From positions 83,950,001 through 84,014,000 of the forward strand of contig CM052817.1 of assembly GCA_028534125.1 (NCBI GenBank): a stretch of DNA of 64,000 nucleotides. The letters run 5' to 3'. This DNA comes from Lama glama. Taxonomy: Eukaryota. The translations under genes and the position numbers were made by a program. The notes beneath the pieces were generated by a model that saw only the letters and a program-made list of their open reading frames with translations, had not been told where the DNA came from and did not search any database. This document shows, in pieces, positions 36,650-48,362 of this stretch. Numbering within the stretch: the stretch's first letter is position 1; the number at the start of each line of letters is the position of its first letter.

Positions 36650-38290
36650 TCCCCATCATTTTCACATTCCTCCATTGTACTCACTGGAATTTCTGGTTTG
36701 CCATCAGCGAACTCTCCTATGTCCCAGATTCTTCTCTGAACATTTGCTTCTCCTTCTTCCTCTAACTGAAACCTGGCTGTCCCTCTCAAGTGGAAGATGC
36801 CTTTTCTTTTCCCCATTATTTGCCTCAGAACTTGTAGGTAGAGTATGTGTCTTGTTTTCTATTGATCCTTCCAAACCATCTGTCCTTCTTTGGACTTTGA
36901 AAATCCCAAATTTGTTGAGCTCATGTCTTCAGATTTTACCACCTAATAACTCTCCTGAATCATCTTCCAGAATCTCTTCATTATCTTGCATCCCTCTTCA
37001 GTGAATTTATCATCTGGTGTCTTTGTTTCCTTCATTGTTCCTACAATCTCATCAGTTTTCTTATCAGTGTAGTTGATCCATTCAACATCCTGATCTTTCT
37101 GTTTCTTGAACTTCTCAACTCCTATAATCTCCTCCACCCCACTCTAGCCAGCTATTGTCACTCCCATGGTCACACCATAGACATTACTGGTAGTCATTAC
37201 CAATAACTTCTCCTTCAAAATCTCTGGAAGGCAAGTATTGTCCCACTATCTGATCACCACCTTCTGAGTCTCAGTCTCACTTCTACTGATTTCCTTGGAA
37301 CTATTCTTTGACCCCTTGGGACATTCACTCCATTGACCCTACTGTTTTTTGTTTGTTTGTTTTTTTAACTTTCCTTTACCTTCACATTGTCATTTACCTT
37401 CCTACTCAGCTAGTTTCCGTGTTCTGGCACTTTAGTCACATTTTTAGTAGAAAAGTTGAACTACATTGTCCCTGTCTCATTTCATAGAACTCATTTGAAA
37501 AAACCCAACTTTGTGAAACATTTGAGCAATGATGTTTGTAGAGAAAGTTTATACAACTATGCTGATTAGATTTGCCTAAAGTTATCCAGCCTAAATCCCC
37601 AATGGTATCCAATGCAGCTGGACAATGCTGGACAATGCTATTATACTTTCCTGACACATTTGCTCTATTACATTCTAGGACAACTTCTCTTCTCAAACCT
37701 CCATACTTTCATCCCATTTATATTCTTAACCAATTAAGTGCACTTAACTAAGAACTATCCCATCTTCCTATCCCTAAAACCACCAACCTACCTACATCTG
37801 TACCCTCTACATATTTTACTTCTCCTTCTGTTACATTGGAAATGGTGTTTCCCCTCTTAACATCCAGCCGCTCCGTTGGTATCTTGGATCACATCCTACA
37901 TTTACTTAAGGATCTTGATACTGGAGTTATATTCTCCCACATTCTTGTTTTTCATTTCATCGTTTAATTATTCCTAACACAATACAAAGATGTATTATTA
38001 TGGATCATCTTTAAAAATAAGCCTCCCTTGGTCCTATATCCTCCTTGTATGTTCCATTTCTTTCTCTCTCTTTACATAATCCTTAAGCTATTTGTTTATA
38101 TTTCCTCTCTCTACTTTCTCACTTCCCATTTTTCTTTTGTAAGCCCATTCCATGTGTACTTATTGTACCCACCACTCTGCTGAAATTGGTCTTATTAATA
38201 ACATCTAATCTCCAACTATCAAACTAATGGTCAATTTTCTATCCCAGTCCTATTTAGCCTCTCTCTAGCATCTGACACAGTAGACTTCTT
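36650..38290 (+). mobile_element. Decayed L2 ORF2 region
   Basis: Pyrimidine-rich L2-like sequence. Relic translation LTETWLS (endonuclease motif) at ~36760, plus CTCCCATGGTCACACCATAGAC and TCTGATCACCAC motifs. Confidence 0.65.
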
Positions 38291-38709
38291 TTCTTTCCTC
38301 CTCCTCTTTCTTCATCTTCTTTTCATATTTAATGATGCTTATTGTTTGCTTCACAAATGAAGCATGGTAGTGAATAATTCTGAAGTGATGACTGTAAATA
38401 GGTAATGAAATCCTATTGGTCATTCATTTTGATTCCTTCATAGATGTAGCTTTCCATTTTGAAATTTCTCAGTGATCTCTTGATAATTCACACTTGAAGA
38501 TAATTGAATATTTGACATATTTTGAAGGGTAACTGCTGATTGCTGATTGAGCAGGTAAATATTTCTCTTTCCTTCTGGAAACTCTTTCTTTGATAAGCCA
38601 TCACATTTTCCTCCAGATTTTCTCTGATTTTCCTCCTACCTCATTCGTTGATCTTTTTGGACTTTTGCTGTTTTTTATTCTTTCCTCAACCTCTGTGGTG
38701 GAATGCCCC

Positions 38710-38950
38710 AGCACTGGGAGTGTAGATTCTGGAGTCAGGTTGCTTGGGTTCAAATTCTGATTCTGTCACTTTCTAGCTGTATGACTTTGGGAAATTTACT
38801 ACATCATCTCCCTCTTTGAAAAATGAAGGAAAAATCATAGTACTTGCTTCCTAGAGATATTGTAAGGAATGAATGAATTAATATGTGTAGAACATCTTGA
38901 ATAGTGTCTGTTCTTAGTAAGTGCTATATTAATGGCTGCTGTTATTGTTC
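38710..38950 (+). mobile_element. MIR SINE
   Basis: GATTCTGGAGTCAGGTTGCTTGGGTTCAAATTCTG head. Confidence 0.8.
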
Positions 38951-40522
38951 TCCTCGCTTTTTTATTTGGCGCTGAAGTGAAAGGGAACTTGATTTTTTAG
39001 GTAATAGAGCTGGAAAATGCCAATTAATGGCTGCTAGTGGTTCTTCTGCCATGTGGAGAAAGTCAACAAGAAAGGAGAATGAGGCCAACACACAAAAGTA
39101 GCCAAGAAGAAGTGAGTGGTATAATAGTCAGCATTCTTGGTTGCGAATGGCAGAATCAATTCCAGGTAGTCCAGCTAAATTAAACAAAAACGGGTTTATT
39201 AAAAGATATTAGATACCTTGAGGAATTTCCAGGATTACTGGAAAACAGGCTTGATATTTCATTGTCATGTACTTTGCAACCAGGAACAGTAGAGCTGGGA
39301 AGAATGAATGACTAACCTCACTGAGAAATTGTTCTAGGAGAAACACCATTCCTACTACCTATTGCTACTTGACATGCCCCCAGTTCTGAAGCTGATGCCA
39401 AAATCTGTGCCACTGATGCCCCAGAAGAATAAGACAACTTGACCACTATTATTGTCAGAAAACCAGTCTCCTGGTGCAAGGCAAACACTGCTTGTTGCTC
39501 CTATCTACATTCAAGTCTTGTGTGGTTGTATCTGTTTGGCAAAGCCTAGATTATATGCTTTTATTCTAGCTGCAAAGGAGTCAGATAAATGTAATTTTTT
39601 ATATTCTACTTTTGGAAGTCAGGATTCACAATGTGGAAAACTATAAAAATATAAGAATGGTTGTGAGCAGCTATAAGTGATATATTTCCAACATAGATTT
39701 GTGTTGTAGAGAGGAGGATCTGTTGATTTCATGTGAATCCCTGGGTCCAGATGCACCTAAGCCTACTCCTTGGACTTTCCTGTTTTATGAGAAGATAAAT
39801 TTCTTCCTTTAGTTAAAATAGAGTTTTTTGTCAATTCTATTTAGTGTTCTTATAATACAGCTTCCTCTTCTGATCCAAGCTCCACTGTTACGATATACTC
39901 TCAATTGATCTTTCCCTCCAGGCCTTGACTCCCTCCCTTCTGTTCATTTTCTTCTCTTGAGTGAGATAGTCTTTCATAAACATAAGTCTGTTTATGTCAC
40001 TCTTCTGTGACATAACAGAAGACTTACTGGCTTTCCAGTGCTTTAGGATAACAACTATAGTCCTAGCACAGTGTACACCTCTCTGTAATCTGGGCCCTGC
40101 CCACTTTAGTTTACCTTTTTTGCTGTTTTTTCTGTTCAAGTCTTGGTAGACATTATTTCATTCTCTAAACATACCACCTTTCCTTTTCACTTTTATCTGT
40201 GCCTTCAGACAGACTGTTTCTTGCCCTCAGAGAGCTCCTTCCATTCTCTCTTATCCTCCTCCTCCTCTTTGCCAACAAACTTCTTTTTATTCATCTTTCA
40301 ACTAAGATGTTACTTCCTAAATGTCCTTAAAATGAATGGGGCCCAGGAATTTGTCTGTTTTGTTCAGTGTTGTATCCCTAGTGCTTAGAGAAGGGAATAT
40401 TGAGTGAATGAATGGCAGAGGGTGGGGAAAGGCCTTCAACCACCCAATTTGGGTGAGGTTTCTTGTTATTTATCCCCATATCTTTACTTTCACAGTTTGT
40501 AATTTGTTTAAATCTGTGTTCC

Positions 40523-41486
40523 ATCAAAGGATACTATCAGCAGAGTGCAAAGACAACCCATGGAAGGGGAGGAAATATTTGCAAATCATTTATCTAATAA
40601 GGATTAATATCTAGAATATGGAAAGAATTTCTACACTTCAATAAGAACAAAAGAAACAACTCAATTTGAAAATAAGCAAAGAACTTGGATAGATACTTCT
40701 TCAAAGAAGATATGCAGATAGTAAGCACATGAAAAGATACTCAACGTCATTAACCATTAGGGAAATGCAAATCAAAACTACAATGAGATACGATTTCATA
40801 CCTATTAGGATGGCTATTATGGAAAAAAAATAACAAGCATTGGTGAGGATGTAGAGAAATTGGAACCCTTGTGCATTACTGGTAGGAATGTAAAATGTTA
40901 GAACTTCTGTGAAAAACAATATGGTTGTTTCTAAAAAATTAAAAATGGATTTACTATATGATCCAATAGTTCTACTTCTAGAAAGAATTGAAAGCAAGGA
41001 CTTGAACAGATATTAATATACCAGTCTTCCTTCTGGCATGGTTCAAAAGAGCCAAAAGGTGGAAACAACCCAAATGTCCATTGACAGATGAACATGACAG
41101 ATAAACAAATGTGGTATATAGACACAATGGAATATTATTCAGCCTTAAAAAGGAAAGAAATTCTGACACATGCTGAACCTTGAAGACTAAATGAAATGAA
41201 CCAGATATAAAAGGAGAAATATTGTATGATTCTATTTATATGAAGTATCTTGAGTAATCAAATTAATAGAGATAGAGTGGTGGTTGCCAGGGCCTAGGGG
41301 GAAAGGGGAATGAGGAGTCATTTTTTAATGGGTACAGAGTTTCAGTTTGGAAAAGTGAAAAATTTCTGGAAATGAATAGTGGTGATGGTTGCACAACAGC
41401 CTGAATGTACTTCACTGAGCTATACACCTAAAAATGCTTAAAATGGTAAATTTTGTATTTTACTACAATAAAAATGCAGATTAAAC
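40523..41486 (+). mobile_element. Old L1M (ORF2 C-terminus plus 3'UTR) inserted in L2 sequence
   Basis: ATTAGGGAAATGCAAATCAAAACTACAATGAGATA and GGTGATGGTTGCACAACA motifs. Candidate TSD AAATCTGTGTTCC (40510-40522) / AAATCTATATTCC (41487-41499). Confidence 0.88.
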
Positions 41487-41813
41487 AAATCTATATTCCC
41501 TGCTAGCTGTAATCTCAATGCGGGTAGGGACCTTGTCCATCTTGTTCACTAGTGTATCGCCAGCATCTAGCACAGTGTTTGGAACACAGCAGGATTATTT
41601 TTTGGTACTGAATAAATGAGTCTATAAGAAGTGCTGCAATAGGGGAGAAACCGAACCATTTTGAGTTGGGTTTCCATTTAGGGAATATTGGCCAAAAATC
41701 AATGTAGCATTTTTTTGGTGTAGGTCCTGGCTTTGCTTTCACAAGTTGTCTAAGCCGAAATGGCCTAATCTCTCAGGGTCTTAGTTCCATGTCTCTAAAA
41801 TTTGGTAGTAGTC

Positions 41814-42403
41814 TGTCAACTGGAAAAAAAAAAAACATAACCTAAAAGTTGCAAGTTATGTTTTATTTGATAGATTTATGAGGACTTAAGTCCAGGATAC
41901 AGACTTTCATATAGCTCTCAGGGACTGTTCCAAAGAGGTAAGGAAGGAGCCAGGATATACAGTAGTTTTTGCAAAAAACAAACAAAAAAACCCGCTGAAA
42001 CAATGACAGCAACAACAAAAACAACCCAGGTCATAGAAAATCAAAAGATTACTGCTAATTAAAGAAAAACCAGACATCTCAAGTTAATGAATTTAGTACT
42101 TTTCTGTGTATGGGAAGATGCAAGAGTCTGGGGTTAAGGAAATTATTCCTTGATATATACTTTAACTCAGGCCAGTATCCTGTTTTTCTCCATCCTGAAT
42201 CCCCTCAGGGTGTACTGTGGGGTGGGAGTGGGGGTGGGGGTGGGGGTGCTGCAGTGGCTAATGGCTTGATGGCAGGTAGCCTATTTATCTCAGTCCTGAG
42301 TTCCCCTCAGGGTGTACTGTTGGGAGTGACTACAGTGGCTGAAGGCTTGGTGGCTGCAACATCCATTGTTTACTGAAATGGCAAGTGACATTCTTTGTCC
42401 ACA
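41814..42403 (-). mobile_element. ERV1 solo LTR, MER41-like (cetartiodactyl type)
   Basis: TG...CA termini, 4-bp TSD AGTC (41810-41813, 42404-42407), AATAAA on the minus strand at ~41862, ATGGGAAGATGCAAGAGTCTGGG motif recalled from artiodactyl MER41. Confidence 0.8.
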
Positions 42404-42682
42404 AGTCCTTGACCGCTTCTCACTGGGGTTCTTGAGAGAATCAAATGATGTGCTCTGTAGGGGGTCTTCTAGTGTAAGGGATTACTCAGCTGCCTTTTGC
42501 ATGTGTCACAGTCCTGGGCTCTTCCCTCAGGTGACATCTTTGCTACCCAAACCAGGAGACTTAAACTCAACTGTCTCACCTTGCCTCTCCGCCATTGTCA
42601 CATCTACCCCACACACTGGAGCAAAAACATTTGTATTTAACAGTTTCATATGTTTCTCAAAAAAAAATTAGCCACTAACCTG

Positions 42683-43182
42683 NNNNNNNNNNNNNNNNNN
42701 NNNNNNNNNNNNNNNNNNNNNNNNNNNNNNNNNNNNNNNNNNNNNNNNNNNNNNNNNNNNNNNNNNNNNNNNNNNNNNNNNNNNNNNNNNNNNNNNNNNN
42801 NNNNNNNNNNNNNNNNNNNNNNNNNNNNNNNNNNNNNNNNNNNNNNNNNNNNNNNNNNNNNNNNNNNNNNNNNNNNNNNNNNNNNNNNNNNNNNNNNNNN
42901 NNNNNNNNNNNNNNNNNNNNNNNNNNNNNNNNNNNNNNNNNNNNNNNNNNNNNNNNNNNNNNNNNNNNNNNNNNNNNNNNNNNNNNNNNNNNNNNNNNNN
43001 NNNNNNNNNNNNNNNNNNNNNNNNNNNNNNNNNNNNNNNNNNNNNNNNNNNNNNNNNNNNNNNNNNNNNNNNNNNNNNNNNNNNNNNNNNNNNNNNNNNN
43101 NNNNNNNNNNNNNNNNNNNNNNNNNNNNNNNNNNNNNNNNNNNNNNNNNNNNNNNNNNNNNNNNNNNNNNNNNNNNNNNNNN
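42683..43182. other. Assembly gap (500 N)
   Basis: Direct read. Confidence 1.
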
Positions 43183-45533
43183 AGATGTCTTCTTTTACAA
43201 TTTTGTGTTTATTCTTTTTGTAATTCATGGCAGTTATCTCCTTTCCAGTTATGAGTTTCTCATTTTTGTAGCATCCTGCTTCTTTTCTATTTAGAGTAGA
43301 CCTGTCAATATTTCTTTTAGCATGGGTTTAGTGTTGCTAAACTCTTTTAGTTTTTGCTTGTCTATGAAGTTCTTTATCTCTCATTCTATTCTAAAGGATA
43401 GCCTTGCTGGATAGAGTATCCTAGGCTGCATCTTTTTTTCATTCAGGACTTTGAATATATCTTGCCACTCCCTTCTGGCCTGTAGTGTTTGTGTAGAGAA
43501 ATCAGCTGAGAGCCTTATGGGGGTTCCCTTGTACCTCACTCTTTGTTTTCCTCTTGCTGCCTTTAGGATCATTTCTTTATCCTTGACTCTGGCCATCGTG
43601 ATTATAATATGTCTTGGTGTGGGTCTGTTTGGGTTCTTCCTGTTTGGGACCGTTTGAGCCTCCTGTGCTTGGATATCTGATTCCTTTAGGTCTGGGAAGT
43701 TTTCAGTCATGATTTCTTCAAAGACCTTTTCAATCCCCTTTGTTCTTTCTTCCCCTTCTGGAACCCCTATTTTGCGTAGATTGGCACACTTCATATTATC
43801 CCATAGGTCCCTTATTTTGTTTTCATTGTTTTTTATTTGTTTTTCTCTCATCTGTTCTGATTGGTTGCTTTCTGTTGTCCTGTCTTCTAGGTCACTTATT
43901 CATTCCTCTGCATTATATAGCCTGCTTTGTACAGCCTTTAGGTCAGCTCTCATCTCAGCAAATGAGTTTACTAATTCTACTTGGTTCTTCTTTATAGCTT
44001 CTATTTCATTTTAGACATATTTTATATCTCTAAACACTATTTCTTTTATTTCCTTCAGTACTTTGATCACTCCTTTTTTGAAATCTTGATCTAGTAGGCC
44101 ATCAATGTCTATTTCCTTGATGGTGCTTTCAGGGGATTTCTCTTGATCTTTTAATTGGGAGTGGTTCCTCTGCTTCTTCATATTGCTCATATCTCTCTGG
44201 CACTGTGGCTTAAGGAGTATCAGTTATCCAGTTCTGCTGGAGACGCTGTGCTTTTAATGATTTTATTGAGAGGTCTTTGTGTCTTCGGCCTGTTTCTCAA
44301 ACTCAGCTTGCTGTTTCCAGAGGCCCTCTGTTGGCACCCTCTCCTGTGCTGCTCCCAGTGGCTGTCAGCTAGCAGATCACGCCCCCTGCCAACACTGGGT
44401 CTCAGGTGCTGAGCTCTTATCCGGTGGGCGGGTGGGTCACTCCCCCTCCCGATGCCACAGTCAGATGCTGCACTCGGGGGAGGCAGGTGGGCAGATCATG
44501 CCCCCTCCCAGCACTGTGGTCAGGTGCTGCATTCCTGCCAGGAAAGCGGGTTGCCGTGCACCCTTTCCCGGCACTGGGTCGCTGCGCTACTCTGTGCAGC
44601 TGCCTGCTCTGCCTCAGGTCGGAGTTCCAAAGGTGGGCTCGGGGAAGAGCGCAGAATGGCCCCGCCTCTGCTCCATGCCAAATCTCAGCTCCTTGTTTGT
44701 CTTGGCGGTACAAGTTCTCTGAGGTACCAGGGCAGAAAGATCCTATCTGCCTCCAGCTGTAAACAAGTCTCAGTCCTGCCTAGGAGGTTGTGGAGCCACC
44801 AGGTGCGGATTCAGGTCTTGGCCCCGCCCCTGCCTGGGCACTTGCACAGGAGGAGATGGCAACTGTGGCTGCGCCCCGCCTCTCTTCTTGGGAGAAGTGC
44901 CAGTAATGGCGGCGCAGGTCTGAGGAGACAAAGGCTATGGTGCCCCTCCCCCCCAGGGCACACCAGCTGTGTACCTTTGCTTTTTTTCACAATTTATGGG
45001 GGACCGAGGTGGTTCTGCTCCGTATTCCCTCCCAGCCACAGCGCGCAGCCCCCTGCAGTCCCCCAGGGCTGCCTCAGTGCAGCCGCCCCAGTCCTCCGTC
45101 CTGCTTGGGCAGCCCGTCCTGGCCCCAGCTGCCGGGTCGTGTCTCGGGCTGGGTGTCATGGGGACCCTTTGTGCCCGTTTAACTCAGTTCTGTCAGTCAA
45201 GGGGTGCTCGGGGCAGATCTGAGCCTCGGAGGTTCCTCCTTCATCCCACTGGTCTCTCTGTTGGAGGAGGGAGACCCAGTGAATGAATGCCAGCCCTCCT
45301 TTGCTGCTCCCTCCCTGCAGGATCGGTCCCCACTGTTTTGCTTTTTCTTCTTTCTTTTTTCCTTTTTTCCCACCAGATTTTTGGCGTCTTTGTCTTTCAA
45401 AGAGGGCGATGTTCTGTCGGAATTCGGCAGGTGCTCTGGTTGGCTGAGTGGGTCTGTAGATGTGAGTTTTGGTGTATTTGTGGGAGAGGGTGAGCTACAA
45501 GCATCCTTTTACTCCGCCATCTTGCTTCTTCTC
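43183..45533 (-). mobile_element. Young L1, 5' portion (complete 5'UTR, ORF1, inter-ORF spacer running into the gap)
   Basis: Starts GAGAAGAAGCAAGATGGCGGAG (YY1 motif at 45515-45523). About 1.34 kb GC/CpG-rich 5'UTR, then ORF1. Confidence 0.93.
43291..44190 (-). pseudogene. L1 ORF1p, 299 codons with three premature stops and no frameshift
   Basis: MSNMKKQRNHSQLKDQEKSP...IGVPEGEE...RPTPRHIII...LSADFSTQTLQARREW...YPARLSF...LTGLL*. Stops at 44011-44013, 43900-43902 and 43381-43383. Confidence 0.93.
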
Positions 45534-46481
45534 ATAGAAAATTATTTTAGACTGCAGAATGTTGGCAAGTTTAAGAGTTTTATTTTCTATTTTATGTTAA
45601 CATTTTCTCCTTTGAGAGACAAACTTATACAATAAAATATATATGGAGTTGTATAAAGCAGCAATGTTTAAGTACATTGTTATGTGCAGGCTTAAGTTCC
45701 TGACCTAAACTTTTGAATAAATGTACAAAGAAGGTTGTTTAATTTGCCTTGGGGTGATCAAGGCTACCATGTTTATGCCACGTTTTAAACTGCCACAGTC
45801 TGCTTTCAGAATCCAGAGATCTTTTGAGTTAAGTACAAAGATCCAGAGATAAATATAGAAAGGCAGTGGTCCATTCTTTCTATTACCTAACACTCTCTCT
45901 CAGGATGTGAGTTAGGTGCTTAGGTCATGTAGTTTAAAGAAAACAGCTCAACTTATTGATTGCTTAGAGATGTGGGTTGAATACTAGGCTGCTATTAACT
46001 TTCTCATGCACTTCCCCAACAAACCTATTAGGTAGAAACACAAAAGTTTGGAAATATTTTAACACTACCAGATATTATAGTATTTGGAAAAAATTTTTAG
46101 CTTTTTCTGGAGGGAAACATTCATTACTAGTATAAGTATCTCAAAAGATAACAGTCCACAAAGTTTTAGTACCTCATCTAAGTGGTACAAAACCTATTAG
46201 TTAACTAAGAAAATGAAAGACCAGTAGAGGATGAAAGGCAAAGAAAGTCTATATCTCATAGTTTTTAGCATATAAACATAGGATTTTAGAAAGCGCTATT
46301 GTACAATGACATGCACGGGAGGATTTCAAAAAGTGTTTGTAGAATTAATTTGAATAATTTAGGAAATAGAAAATGCTATAAAACTGAGCTGAGGTAAAAT
46401 GTTTAACTTAATCAGATAATCCAAAAAAAAAAATCCTTATTTATTGCTATCCCCAGAGGAGCTCAGTTTTCCTGTGTACTG

Positions 46482-47460
46482 ATCATTCAACAATGTTTAT
46501 TTAGTGCCTTCAAAGTGCCAGGCATGGAGATAAAGCAAGGAGGTAAGATGATGAAAAGACAGAGAATGAGAGGAATGTAAACAAAGATGTGCAGTACTGA
46601 AGTCGAAGTCATACAAAGGTCAGGAGCAGACAGGAGGAAGAAAGAGGAGGAAGACATTAACTCTGACAGAGTTAACGGTGGCATAATAGAGGAAATTAAC
46701 AAAGGATGACTGAAGCTCAATTTTGAAGTTAAATGCTGGTTTATCAGAAAGACAATGCACAAGGAAATTCTGTGTAGCCAGAACAGCATGGGCTAAAATG
46801 GAGGCATGCAACAAGACAGTGTGCTCAGGACATGCAAATAGTTTGGCATTGGTGATTCTGAAAGTGTAAGATTTGAGGAGGAATAGTGAAATAGGAGGCT
46901 GGAGAGATATTCAAGGCCTGAGTCTTGGAGGTTCTATACTCTATAATAAAGGGCCTGGAATTTATCCAGCGAGGAGAGATGAACTATTTAATTGCTTTAA
47001 CCAGAGGACTGGCAATTGAGACTTGGGATTCGTGCCCAGATTTTGTATGGAGCAACATTTCCCCTAGGATCGCACACATCACCATCTTCTGGAATGCCTT
47101 TTAAAAATTCAGAGCCCTGAACTGCACCTTAGATCCACTGAATTAGAATTTCTGGGGCAAAACTTGGGAATCAGCATGTTCAACCAGCTTCTAAAAGGAT
47201 TCCCTTGCACGCTGCAGTTAAGCTCACTGCTCCCCCAAAGTGTGATTGACAGAGTGGACAAGACTGAATGCAGGGAGATCATCTAGGAGGTGATGTGATA
47301 CTCCAGGTGAGAACGGTTGAGCCAGCCACAATGGGAATAGAAGGATTAAGAGAAGATGATGAACTTGAGAGATATTTTGGAGATAAAATCAAATGTAGTT
47401 GGTGACTAAACTGATTGAAGAAGAGGGTTTCAAGCCAGGTTTCTAGAATAATTGGATCAT
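46482..47460 (-). mobile_element. L2 remnant with nested MER5-like element (~47050-47230)
   Basis: TCATTCAACAATGTTTATTTAGTGCC start, ACTGAATTAGAATTTCTGGGG MER5 core. Confidence 0.65.
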
Positions 47461-47989
47461 GTACCAATAACTATTATTAATGTTTTAATACATTATAATT
47501 TTTCCTTTAAATATATTATTTAAGTTTTTTTGCATTGTCAAGTTTGATTCATCATTTTGGGGGGGAACAATTCATTGTTTTGTTGTTTTTGAGTTATGAT
47601 AGAATTAAATGGAAAAAGATGTCAATTTATTAATAGCTGTTACAATCAGCTTGTCAGGAGAGTATTTATTGTATTTCCCCAAATACCTATTTACGTCTAG
47701 GAATAAAATAAACAACCAGCTTTATTTCTAATATTTCTGAGAGGACTTACACTTGCAAGATGTAAGGTCTGACTCATCACACAGCCAAAGCCCTTGGAAG
47801 TGTGAACAAGGAGCTGGAGACACAGTGAGGCTGATCTTCCAAATTGGGCAGAACCCAACTAAATTGTGAAGTATGTACATTTATCTCTGTCACTGCCTCT
47901 TTTCCACCACTTCCTTTCTGGTTCTGTCCTGAAAAAGAGATCCCTTATGTACTACTTGTGTCTATTGTTTTACTGACTCTTAACCAATA

Positions 47990-48362
47990 TGCTGACAGAG
48001 AAGAGCCAAAGCTGTAATTCTTTCAGGAGTATGGTGGGGATTATGGTGCTCACCCTCTCCTTTGCTTTCCTGTATTTCCCAGCTGCCTGTGCAGTTAGGT
48101 TGGCCATGTGACTGAGTTCTGGCCAGCAGAATGTGGGTGGTAATGATGTACTTTGCTTGTAGTCCTGAATGATCTGATCTGTATGCTGTGAATCTAAAAC
48201 ATCCTGCACCGTCCATCGTCCATGCTCTCCTTGTCTCATCATGGATCCCCTTAAAGGATTCCAGACATCTGCATCAGACTTACATGAGCAAGGAATAGTT
48301 TTATTGTGTCGGGTCACTGAGATTCCAGTTTATTCTGTAGTATAGTATTGTCTACTCTGATC
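47990..48362 (+). mobile_element. MLT1-family LTR remnant
   Basis: GTATTTCCCAGC...GGCCATGTGACTGAGTTCTGGCCAGCAGAATGTG motif. Confidence 0.7.

Noticed and set aside
36492..37004. 170-aa ORF as a novel gene
   Set aside because: Overlaps decayed L2 sequence (LTETWLS relic) and pyrimidine-rich DNA, with no exon support.
42650..43294. ORFs of 214 and 186 aa
   Set aside because: Artefacts of the N gap.
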